Source: Gnetum montanum
Lineage: Eukaryota; Plantae; Gnetophyta
NCBI GenBank assembly: GCA_015680685.1
Contig: MNCI01000472.1
Span: forward strand, 61,753-125,752
DNA: 64,000 nt
Direction of reading: 5' to 3'
Of the stretch, positions 28,401 to 40,454 are shown in pieces (the stretch's first letter is position 1; each line of letters opens with the position of its first letter). Below the pieces are notes generated by a model. The model was not told where the DNA came from. It did not search any database and saw only the letters and a program-made list of their open reading frames with translations. The translations under genes were made by a program, and so were the position numbers.

Positions 28401-29233
28401 TGCGAATGTTGATGTTGATTCCTGTTAGTAAGTACCTTCCTGCAAATGAGCCATCCATGTATGTAGTATTGTCCCCATAGCCTCAGGAATCAAAGAACAC
28501 ATCCCTAGAGTTTTGTGCTAATGACATTAAGCTAGATGAGAAAACGAGAGAAGTCACCACAGCCATAACGATACAAGTCAATCATTTCAAGATACAGAGG
28601 ATGCATGTTGATGACAGTGCGGCGACAAACATAATACCTTTTCCCATCATCAAAAAACTAGGACTTACTGAACAAATATAGCCCACAACAACTTCTTTCT
28701 TAAAATCCTTCAGTGGTTCCTGTATTGTGGTGAAAGGTATGATTACCTTGGATTTCATAGCAGGGGACCAATTCCCCACATCAACTGAATTCGTGGTGGT
28801 TGATAAAATGTTGGGGTTCAATCTAATTTTAGGACGTCCTTGACTAGCTCAACTTGGAGCTGTATCCTCACCAATCCATCAAGAGATCCTCCTACCTTAT
28901 GAGGACGGTGAGATCATCATACATGGGAATATGACAACATCACTTACTTCCTCGCACTCAGGAATGGATCAAGGGTCAGAAATTAAGTTTTCTAAGCCTA
29001 ATCAAGGAACCATGAGTATACTTCAAGACATGAACCCAACATTAACTCATGATCCTACTAAAACTGAGGAAGCACTGAACAACACAAACATAGGAGCCAT
29101 TCCCACTGACATCTCTTGGTCAGAATTACCCTTTGACATCACTAGTGAAGGGGAAGGTGAGTATAAGATCATGCCTACATGCCCTACCCCTCACATCAAA
29201 CTACGACGGATTAAAAGGCAACTTAATGGTTAG
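25475..29233 (+). pseudogene. Degenerate gag-protease, copy B
   Basis: KYNGEGDPNTHL...FAMSLIGKALDWY (retrotransposon gag); FCEYHQ*CGHRTDYC knuckle at ~27565; protease RMHVDDSAATNI...NLILGRP*L...AVSSPIHQ at 28560-28930. Confidence 0.92.
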
Positions 29234-29801
29234 GGAAAACTATCACCAACCATCTGAAATGATGTTAAACTACCAACCATCCGACACAACATTAAATTGC
29301 CAACGAACGTCCACAATGATGTTAAGCTAGCCATAGTCAGAAATGGTCGGTCCCTTCTTAAGCTCCCTAAAATTGTTATTACTTTCAACCCACTATGGCC
29401 TAAAACTAGTGATCCTTCTTTCCTTACTATAAATGTGACAGTCCATCATGACTTTAAACTAATTTACACAGCCCGAAATGGCTTTAAACTAGAGCTCAAC
29501 TTACAAGTTATAATTTCATTTCATACCTTCCCATTACTTTCCTCTTTTAAAAATATTGGATTTACATTTTGTTCCCTCATTTTACATTTAGCTACATGCA
29601 TATGTTCATGATAATACATGAGAAAAAAATAAAAAGAGAAAACATATAAAATAAAAAAAATGATATGTCAATAAGGTAATAAAATTTCAACACATTATGC
29701 CATAATTAGATCCATATTATTACATTTGTCAACCATATATTTCCATCAAACATCCAAAAAATCCAAAACATTTAATAGCTAAAGCTCAGTTAACAATAAG
29801 C

Positions 29802-32800
29802 TCATGGAGGGGGCTGGTCCCCAAGATCCTCTTCATCATCCGTTCTCGCTCCACTGGGGCTAGCTCCATCATTAACATGTCCCTATAACAGAGCAAAAAA
29901 CAAAAAATAGGTCAGAGTAATAAAGCAAATTATGAATGCAAAACTAAGAAAAACAGTAACACTAACAATGAAAACAACAAAACCATACAAAAATAAATGC
30001 CATAATAAAACACTCACAAGTGAGGAAGGCCTTAGGCTGGCCTCCAAATGTCATAGAATCTCCTCCTCGGGCACATTTGCCCAATCCTCCTTTAGGCCAA
30101 GATCAATACCAACCAAGGTTTTACCTTTGTCCACCAAGGTCCAAGTGGGGTGCTCAAGAGAGAACATGCCTGTCGAAGCCTTCTCGGAAGCGGTGGTAAT
30201 GGTTCTCTCAGGAGATCCCTCCACCTTGGTGCACTCGGTGAACTTATCATAAGCAGGCCACAAACCTAGTCCATCGATGTTCAACTGACTCCTCCTTTAA
30301 CCATTTCTTATATCAATGTGATCTTTTTAATCTTGGATCCATTTACGTACTTTGGCAACAAAGGATTTCCAATTGTGACATTTCATGTTCAACAAATTCA
30401 TCTGTGCCCTTTGCTCAGCTAAATCTCATGTGGCCTGCACTTTGCTGTTCAAAACTATCCAGTAACGTGCATAGGTGATTTCAGATGTGTGTCAAGTACA
30501 ATCACCAAATAGCCTAGCAATAGCAAAATCATAACGGGATTGGAGATCCCTCTTCTCCTCTCTCTCCTTTGCTAGTTCCTCCTTCAATGAGTGAACCTCA
30601 TCCCATAGATACTCAACAGAATGCCTACAAGTCTAGAGCAACTTAGTATTTTGTACAACACAACTAGAAACTACATCGTAAAACTTCCTAGGGACTTCCT
30701 CAATATTCCCTAGCAATTTGGGGACGGCATCAATATGAGTAGCCTCAGAAGGATCCCACTAAAGCCTGGCACCTATAGGTGTAAGTACCACATACATAAA
30801 TCAACTATAATCAAAAATGAATGCAAAGAAACACAATGAACCTAGACACTTAGCATGACACATAATATACACATACCTAGTTCTAGATGAGCTTGTTGTA
30901 GGTGAGCAACCACATCATTAACGATGCCCGTAAAAAAGTCCATTTTGCTAGGCATCTCAGGCCATGGCCTTAGCTAATCAGTTGATGTGGGACAAGTAGG
31001 GTAGGTCACCTCAATCAGAATCTATGATCCTGACACCTCTGCTTGGGATGTATGTGCCTCAGAAATCTCAACATCTACCTCTGATGCTAGAGATAATCAA
31101 GATAATCAAAAAAAATAGCACACAAAAGTAAAAGGGTACAAAATGTGGGTTGAGCTAAAAGGAACATACCAAAAAGGCCTTTGCTTGTCAGCTTGGGTAG
31201 ATCACCAAGCTACAAAGATCCATCGAAGATACCTCTTTCATCACTTGAATGCCTAAGTGCATCCAAAGCTTCTGCAAGCCTCATCCCCATGATGCTTATT
31301 ACATCTTCTTCTTGTGAGACAAGAAGTTCTTCAATTGCTTCTTCCCTTTCTTTTGCTTCTTCCTCTAGCCCCATGACAACCACTTCAGGATCAACCATCA
31401 GGGCCAAAACTTCTCTCTCCCTCTCAGGACTTTCCTCTGATAATACCAGAATCTTAGTGTTAGTATAACATAGCATATATAACATATAAGCTAAAATGTA
31501 ATAAAAATAATAAATATATAAAACAATAAAATAAAATACATACCCTCCACTGTCAGTACAAAATGGATCTTCTTTGCACTTGGTGGTCTCACATCTAGAG
31601 CAAGCTCCCTTGGGCGTTCATCCCTCTTTACCTTCGCCTTAGACTTCCCAAAGGTCTCACGAATCAACCATTCATCTCCTTTAACAGACATGTGCAGCCT
31701 AGATAGTTCCAATCCCAAGCTATCACAGGAATGATGGGAATGGCTAGAGGCACCTCTAGTAGTAACTGATACTGATTCTTCGATACCTTTCAGTGGGTCC
31801 TGAGATCTAGTGGTTCTAAATAAATGGCAAATCCAAGGGCGAGACAGTTGTGAACGATCCCTCAAAATATAACTATTATCACCATAAACTACTAGGAATT
31901 CAGTAAACCTATGTAGGTACCCTATGAAAAAAAGCAAATGTGCAATGGGATTTGGCATGGATGTTTGAACGTAACTTAACAATCTCTCCATGAAAACCAA
32001 ATCCAAGAAATTGTGCCCAGTTATAGCACATGCTTGTCTCTAAAATTGCACATATGACATGTGCAAACTCAATCCCAAGGTTTCTTCCTTGAGAAAGAGA
32101 TTTGGGAAATGCCCGTGCCCAGAAGAGGGGATACAAGAAGTTCATCTTCATTGATCAAGTATCATCTCGCATGGCAAAGCCTCTAGGACCCTAAGACATG
32201 CCTAACCACTCCTCAAGCTCTTTTGTGACCTAGCCTTCTTTAGTTGCTTTATCTATGGTCACCCTAGCACCATTCAAGGGCATGCCAAAAAGATCAAAAA
32301 GGAACTCAGGGGTCATGTGGAAAGATACCTTGACTCCTCGAACCCGCGTGTTAAAATGGGAAGCATCATCACTAAAAGAATCAACAATGGTGATCATCTC
32401 AGTAGCCGGAATACTAGGAATCAAAGCTGTGAACAAGTCCATCAAACCTGCCCAGGTACGGTGGCTGATGATCAACTTAGGAGCTTTCTTCTGCAACCAT
32501 TGTTGTGACTGCTCTACCTCCCCATATTTCATAAAAAGGGTGGCGTCAGTACACCCTGTAATAATGGTAACTTCATTAGAGGGGATGGCTACTGTAAAAA
32601 AGAAAACATAGAATGAAGGACTAAAAACATAGTACATGATGATGCAACAAAAAGAAAATGGAGTCTAGGGTGTGGTCATTTACCATCAATAAATGGCATA
32701 GGCAAGGTAGGTGTAGGATCAATTCTCTGAGGAAAAATTGGGCCACTAGAAAACCAATCCTCATGTAACCAGATACAAACTTAGCAGTGCTCAAAAGTCC

Positions 32801-34699
32801 TCGAAAACTACCTATGGTAGTCAATAATAGCCACTTTTGTCTGGTCCAGTACTGCAGCATGAAGAATGGAGCCCGCCATGAATGTTTCTAACACTGTGCG
32901 TGCTAAGGCAAGCCCACCATCATCATCGTGCATCCCATTCTCGTCAAAATGAGGCCTGCATAGAAAATAGAATATTAATGTATAGATAATGATATAATTT
33001 TAAAAGAATCAAAATTTAAGCAAGGCATAAGAGGGCATACCTATCCACCCTATATACTATCTCAGGTGGGTTCTGGAATAGAGTGTGCACATGAAAGGCT
33101 AGGAAAAGTGTGTTGCTACTATTATAATGACTACAAGTAGGCAGCTCCCACACACGTGTCAAGGGACAAGTAGATCTAGGATCCTTGAGGGGGACCTCCT
33201 TTAACAGTCCCTCATCTATATCAGTAATGAAGGCAAGAATGCCTTGTGTAGACCCAGGCAACATTTTCTCAATGATATCACAAGCCAATTATTCACTTAA
33301 GTGAGATCATATAACCATACTGAAATTTTGTAGGATGAATGACAAAAATAAACCAACACCATGATAGAACCATATCACATGAGGCCCAATGCGCATGTCA
33401 TAAGGAGGTGTGTTCGGCCCAAAGGGGCCAAACCAAGCAAGTACACCAACAAGCTCACACAAGGAGGAAAGATTTAGGTCCCCTGCATATAGCCAAAACA
33501 TTAGGTAAGTAAAGGGTCTAAGTGCTAATAATAGGGCAAAATCACATAAACCAAAAACACACATAAACAAAATTTAAATACATAGATTCATCCCACAAGA
33601 CAAGGACATTAACATATATTCAGTGTATTTGATGCTCACTGGGGTACATTGAAATCTATTTCATAGTAAATCCACACACAAGTACAGAACATGAACACAC
33701 TGAAACAAGGTTTAAATCATTGATCTCATGAGAATAATAAATGGTATAAACATGAAACCAGCAAGTAATGAACATCCCAGCAAACAATGCACATCTTCAT
33801 GTTTTAGCTCACATTGGGGCATGTTCCCAGCAACTCACGTTGCAGGAACGCTCGCTGGGGCTTGTTCCTAGCAAACTCACACTGCCTATCTCCCACCGCA
33901 CTCACGCTGAGTTCCCTACATTCCAACTCACACTAAGAAACCTTCAGCTCATGCTGCCTAGAGAACCTTGTACTCACGTTGCCCAGGACCCTTGTAGTCA
34001 CACTGCACAAGAAAAATTGACGCTGCCCAGGACCCTGGTAGTTACGCTGCACAAGAAAAATTGATGCTGCCCAGGACCTGGTAGTCATGTTGCCAAAAAA
34101 AATAGGCCTTCCTTGCAACACAACTCATGCTGCCAGAAAAAAAAGACCTTCCCCTACAATGCTAGCCTTCTTGGCCCACACTCATGCTAGCCTTCCTAGC
34201 CTACATTCATGCTGGCAATCATGTTGTCCTAGAAAGATCACGCTACAGCTTGCCCTGGGCACCCTGCAACACATGTACTTGCACATACCTTGTGCATCCC
34301 CTAGGCACTCATGCCTTGCACATTTCCTAGGCCACTCATGCTAGGGCACTCCACTCACACTAAGCACTCAACTCATGCCCCAATCAAGCCCTGAACCGAT
34401 CACGCCCTAGATGATCCCACAAAAAATCAAAAACAGCAAGCCCCAAACCCCATAAATAAGTCCTGAATCCCGAAATGATCCAAAATTGAGGCGATAGAAA
34501 TTCTCCCCTAGCTAACGTTGTTTACAAACACTGGAAATAAGAAAAAAAAGAGGAAACAAATCTACCTATGCAAAGTTTCATTCCATGCTGGAATCCTAGC
34601 CTGGAGGAGACGATGGAGTAGCTCTTCACTCTCCTCCATGAACGCCAGATTTTCTTGCCTCTTCCCTTTGCCTTAGCTTGTTTTTCCTTTGCCCTTCAT
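29802..34699 (-). pseudogene. Antisense 8-exon cargo gene inside the retrotransposon (PMD-like core plus coiled coil, ~1,000+ codons)
   Basis: Exons 34566-34699, 33041-33482, 32684-32955, 31544-32591, 31170-31436, 30877-31086, 30018-30772, 29802-29882. All introns are GT-AG; six are 83-135 nt, T-rich and phase-compatible. Internal stops are mostly of the CAA/CAG/CGA>TAA/TAG/TGA type; one frameshift in exon 4. Confidence 0.85.
33800..34410. repeat. Dispersed CTCACGCTG-motif array in intron 1 of the antisense gene
   Basis: Repeated CTCAC(G/A)(C/T)TG and CTCATGCT units; a homologous array occupies 1-760. Confidence 0.8.
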
Positions 34700-35331
34700 G
34701 GTAACTCATGTTGTAGCTCACGCTGCACTCCCTAGCTCACATTGCAGTTCGAGTGTCCAAGAACTCACACTAGCACAAATGATGCCCTTATATCTCAAAA
34801 CCCCCTTTTCTAACCCCTAATATCCATTCTTAATTTATTTTATTTTATTTTATTTTCTCTTAATTATTTACATATACCATGTTTCATGTTTAAATTTATT
34901 TGCATGTTATTATTTGTGTCATCTTTATTTCATGCTTGCATAGTATTCCTCATTATTCTAGACCCTAGAGATGAGGCCAAAATATTAAAAATTTATATAA
35001 CGAAGGGGAGAAAGTTTAAAAATCAACATGAAAAAAAAATATACATATATATATAAATATTTAAAAATCTAGAAAATTTTAAAGCCTCATAAACTTATTG
35101 TTCACACAAAAACTTAAAAAATCAAAAATGCTGCATATACTCATTCAAAATGGCAAGTTAACATGAATATTACTAGCCTGGTATAGCCTAAAACTGCCAT
35201 GACTATCGCTATGTTCTGTGGTTTCATCAGAACATAGTTTAATTACCCTATACTCATTTACATTTAGTAAATCCTTCATCAAGGGAATGTCACTCACTTC
35301 GCTTCTGGTTTAAATTGGCAGGAGCGAGCAC

Positions 35332-38300
35332 ATGGCCACCAAGAATTTTTTTTCAACATTGTCTCTCAGTGGACCATACAGGGAGATAAAAATAGCAATC
35401 AATCTAGAATCCTTGGATCTAGACCCATTTACTTATACTAATTTAATAGCTTCCACTCAGGAAACATCAGACTGGCCTAAAAATGTGACTAAGACGTTAG
35501 ATCTAGAGGCCGATAATATCACTGAAGACCCTCTTGTTGAAGTTCCCATTACTATATCCAATGGTGAAGCTAGAACATTGAAATTAAGCACCCTACTGGA
35601 CTCACAACTTGTCAATGACATCACTCAAGTGCTGAAAGATAACATAAAAACATTTGCATGGTCATATACCGATATGCCACAATTAGACCCCTGAGTCATC
35701 TAACACAATATCATCCTTGATGAGAAAGTCAAACCAGTAAAGCAAAAGGAACAAAAGGTTAGACCTTAGGTGGTGTTAGCAATTCGGACTAAAATCACAA
35801 AGCCCTACCAAGTCAATTTCATCCAGGCAATTGACTATTCCGACTGGGTATTAAACATTGTTGTAGTCCCTAAGAAGAATGGTAGTATATGCATATGCAT
35901 TGACTTCCGTGATCTCAACATAGCCACTATAAAGGATGACTTCCTGCTACCTAGCATTGATCAACTTATAGACATAATTTTTGGGCATGCACTATTATCC
36001 TTTATGGATGGATTTTCAGGATACAACCAAATAAGAATCAACCCGGAATATCAACTCAGAACAACCTTTATGACACCTTGGGGCACATTCTGCTATATGA
36101 TGATGCCATTTGGTCTTTAAAATGCGAGAGCTACATATCAATGAGCAATGACATATATATTTAGTGATTACATGCTCAATTTGCTCAATGATTATGTTGA
36201 TGACATCATGGTTAAATCTAAAGAAACCGAGAAACACGCAAAAGATCTAGACCTAGTGCTTAAATGTTGTCTCAAATATGACCTTAGACTCAATCCAAAG
36301 AAGTGTGTCTTTGGTGTCAAAACTGACAAAATGCTTGGTTTCATAGTCTCTGAAACAGGGATATGGGTAGACACTAATAAGGTTAAGGCAATAACTAACA
36401 TGCAACCACCAAAAAACCTTACTAAACTACATGGTCTCCAAGGTAGACTGCAATTCATTAGACACTTTATCAAGAGATTGACAGATAAGTTGAGACCCAT
36501 GCAACACCTATTATGAAAGAATGTGCATTTCCAATGGACTCAACAATGCCAGGAGGCATTCGAGAACATAAAACAAGAGTTAGCTCAACTACCAACAGTT
36601 TATCCCCCATAAGGCGATAAACCCTTCTACATCTACCTTGCAACTTCCGATTCTTCCATTGCATCGATGCTTTGTGAAAAACATAAAGATGGAGTCGAGA
36701 TCCCTGTATATTACCTAAGCCATGCTTTAATTGCTTATGAACAATGATACAATGATGTAGAGAAATCATGCCTTGCCCTCATCTTCTCCTTGAAGAAATG
36801 AAGGCATTATCTCTTCTGTAATCAGGTTTACATCATTTGCAAGAATAATGTACTCCGTACCATCACTAACAACATCTACGAGTCAAGTATGATAGCTAGG
36901 TGGAAAGCAATGATCACAAAGTTTGACCTACACTATGTTGCTCAATCTTCCACAAAATGTCAAGTAATAGTCACATAATTAATCATCTTGCCAACACATG
37001 ATCAAGCAATAATTAACCCTGAATTCCCCAATGAGAATATTAACAGTATAGACATCGTGCCCAATAACTACGAGGCAATCCTCTATTTCGATGGAGCTTC
37101 AACTTCCCAAGGAGGAAGTGTTGCGGTCGTTTTAACATACCCCTCAGGAGAAATCCAACCCTTCACCTACCAGTTAACCTTTCCTTGTACCAATAACGTG
37201 GCAGAATACGAAGGTCTTCTTAGAGGTCTTCAAGCAGATTGACTTTGAAAATCACACGTCTTGTAGTTCAAGGTGATTCATAGCTAGTCATTAATCAAGT
37301 CACAAAGGTTTATGCATGTAAAGCTCTCCATTTGCAACTATATTGTGATTTAACCAAACATCTGTTGAGGCAATTAGTAGAAGCGGATATACAGCATGTT
37401 CCTAGAAACGAAAATACTATTGCCGATGCACTTGCTACACTAGCCCTAAACATGACACCCGAAATGTTCCATGCGATGCCTAGTTCTATAACAAATTATG
37501 CCAAACCTATAACTGACACTCTCGATGAAATGCCTATATCATCCATTACCACAACACACGCAATAGAATGGTATGATGGCATAAAAAAGTACCTTCTACG
37601 AGGCAAACCTCCACAACACTTGACAAACACTCAAAAGGACGTCGTGCAAAAATGCTCTTGGCAATATGCGTTAATAGGAGACACCTTGTGTCGTAAATCC
37701 TATGAAGGCATTATGTTGATGTGCATAGTAGCATCGATGGTCAAATGATTGTAGAACAAGTCCATGAATCCTATGTAGAACAAGTCCATGAAGGGCACAT
37801 AGCACCCAAAGCAATGGCAACAAAGATTAGGCATTTGGCCTACTACTGGCCACACATAGAGTACGATTGCATCTCCAAGGTCAGGACATGTGACATTTGC
37901 CAAAGGCATGATAACCTAATACATGTGCCAGCTAACAAATTGCACATAACACAAATCACATGGTCATTCCAAAGATGGGGATTAGACTTAATTGGACTAA
38001 TAACACCATCATGCTTTGTAGGACATAGCTTCATTATCACAGCAACTGAATATTTCATGAAATGGGTAGAAGCTATTTCCCTTAGGAAGACCACTTCAAA
38101 ACACATTTGCACTTTCATAATAGAGAACATCGTGACACATTTTGGTGTTCCGATGACCATCGTTACTGACAATGGACCACAGTTCAGCAGTGTAGATACT
38201 AAAAGCTTCTATGAAAGCCTAGGCATTAAACATGCATTCTCGTCACCTTACTATCCATAGAGCAATGGTCAAGTAGAGGCTACAAACAAAACTGTCATCA

Positions 38301-38818
38301 CAATGCTCAAAAAGATGTTAAATCAGAGTAAGAGACAATGGCACAAACAATTAATCTACACATTGTGGGTGTATAGAACGACACATCGAACATCTACAAG
38401 TAAAACTCCATATAGTCTTGTGTATGGATCTGAAGCTATTTTACCTTTAGAATTGCAAGTTTCCTCATTGCGGATAGCTCTCTCGGGCGTTCTCAATGAA
38501 AGTCAAAAAAATGAACTGTGCATTGTTGACCTCAACTCAATGGAGGAAGAACGGGTGCAAACACGTGATCAAATCGAGTGGTACCAGAAACAACAACAGC
38601 AATGACACAAACACAATCTACATAAACGCCTGATTAAAGAAGGAGACTTAGTCCTTAAGGCTATCTGTGAAAACCCAAATAAATTCTCAGCCAACTGGGA
38701 AAGGCCTTAGTTAGTCACCAAAGCGTACAATAACGAAGCATTCAAACTTGCTGACATGGACAGGAACAAGTTCGCTAATCATACAAATCACCTATACCTA
38801 AAACGGTACTATGTCTGA
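35332..38818 (+). pseudogene. Degenerate RT-RH-aRH-INT, copy B
   Basis: CIDFRDLN, MDGFSGYNQI, YVDD; aRH YFDGAS...CTNNVAEYEGL; INT YYWP..CDICQ, WGLDLIG, IVTDNGPQF; ends KRYYV*. Confidence 0.95.
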
Positions 38819-38834
38819 TGAACTTGAGGTACGT

Positions 38835-38986
38835 ACAAGTCATGGCATTACGACCTAAAACTGATACCATAGAATGATCTTGGCATCACGACCTAAAACT
38901 AATACCATAGAATGGTCTTGGCATCATGACCTAAAACTAATACCATAAAACAGTCCTGGGGCTATGACTTGAAACTGGCACCACAG
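38835..38986 (+). repeat. 38-bp tandem repeat, ~4 units
   Basis: Same unit as 5163-5504. Confidence 0.88.
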
Positions 38987-40454
38987 AAATGTCCTAAAGT
39001 CATGATAGTAAAATGACACCACAAAGCTCCATCTAGTAGGACACTAAACTGCCACATTTGTCCACCATGATGTGAAACTAGCATCCAAAGTCCACTAAGA
39101 CTACAAATTGGTTTGCCTCTTCATAGTCCACTATGACTATAAACTAGCAATGCACCATCTTTTATGACACTAAACTGGCACCGTCCAAGGGGTTATGATG
39201 TGAAACTAACCCACAATAATCCGCTAAGACTATAAACTGGCGACATCATCGACAACCAAGCAATACTTGAAAAGACATGTTGCTACAATTGGCTGTACCT
39301 ATTCCACAAAGACTTGTTGCGTAATTTGTCTCATAGACCCTAATGAAGTTGATGTTGTTTATGATTTTGTCTGCTTTAAAATTACACGCAGTGGCTCCAT
39401 CTCCTTGTCTGTTTTCAAGTTTAAAGTACTTAGTTAACCATGTCATTTGTGATTTTCTTATCCTTTTGGAGTTTTGTTTGCAAGATGACACACCTAAGGC
39501 GTTTGTGCATAGATGCACTTCATCATGACGACAAGGTATCACATTCTTCCTGATGCTCACAACTGGGTTAATCAATCCATTCATAAGTACATTCCTAATT
39601 CCTGATACATTCCCTACTCCTCATCATGCTCCCCTTTATCTTATCCAGTTATACCCTTGGACACATTCTACTCATTCCAAAGCTCTTGATACACTATTGC
39701 AAACTGTGATTCTCTAAGCAATTACAATGCAAAACATAGTACATGGTATATGATACAAATGCAAACGCATGAGCATGAGCACAGCACTGAAAACAAGCTC
39801 TTTCAAAATGGCCAAAAATAAACCAAAAGGAAAACAAAAAAGAGAAAATAAAAACAAAAATAAAATAAAAGAAGAAACAAACAAAAAGAAAAAGAACAAA
39901 AAGGTCAAAGAGCAAAATACGCGGAAAAGGTCTTCTTGACCCTGTTGACATTATAGACCAAAGACTATTGGCTATTCTCATACAATCCCCAGGCAAGAAG
40001 GCAATTGTCTTGGAAAATAGTTACACTCGTGTCTTAAATGATCATGTTGCACATCATTGCGTGGCTTTCGTTGTTTACAACGGGCCCCGTAAACACTCTA
40101 CAAGAGTCCCATTTCTCCAAAGAATGTACTTTCTATGTCTTGGCTCTGAGTCTGCTAAACACCGACTACCGACAAGGATCAAAGATATAGCTCATTTGCG
40201 TGAGACCATTCCTCTCCCACAACTCCAACAGTAATTATAACCCTTGATCAACTTCTGACTTCCCCTGGTTATAATCAATCCCCTTGCATCTTGAACTACA
40301 TTTCCCCAATCCCATGTACTTTTGAACATAGTGCGATGACGTCCAGCCAAGGGCCGACGGTTAATGCTTGGTACTTGGTTGTTCATGGTGTTTTGCACTT
40401 CTTTGTCGATGCTTCTCGGGTGGATTCCTCCATACATCAACAAAGAGGGGCCAA

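Noticed and set aside
31181-32611. Plus-strand ORFs in the PR-RT spacer (31181-31468, 32255-32611; likewise 29932-30252)
   Set aside because: Ser/Leu-rich shadows of the spliced minus-strand gene
33640-33699. Extra mini-exon to fix the exon 1/exon 2 phase of the cargo gene
   Set aside because: The 60-nt candidate does not change phase; shorter alternatives are too speculative without transcripts
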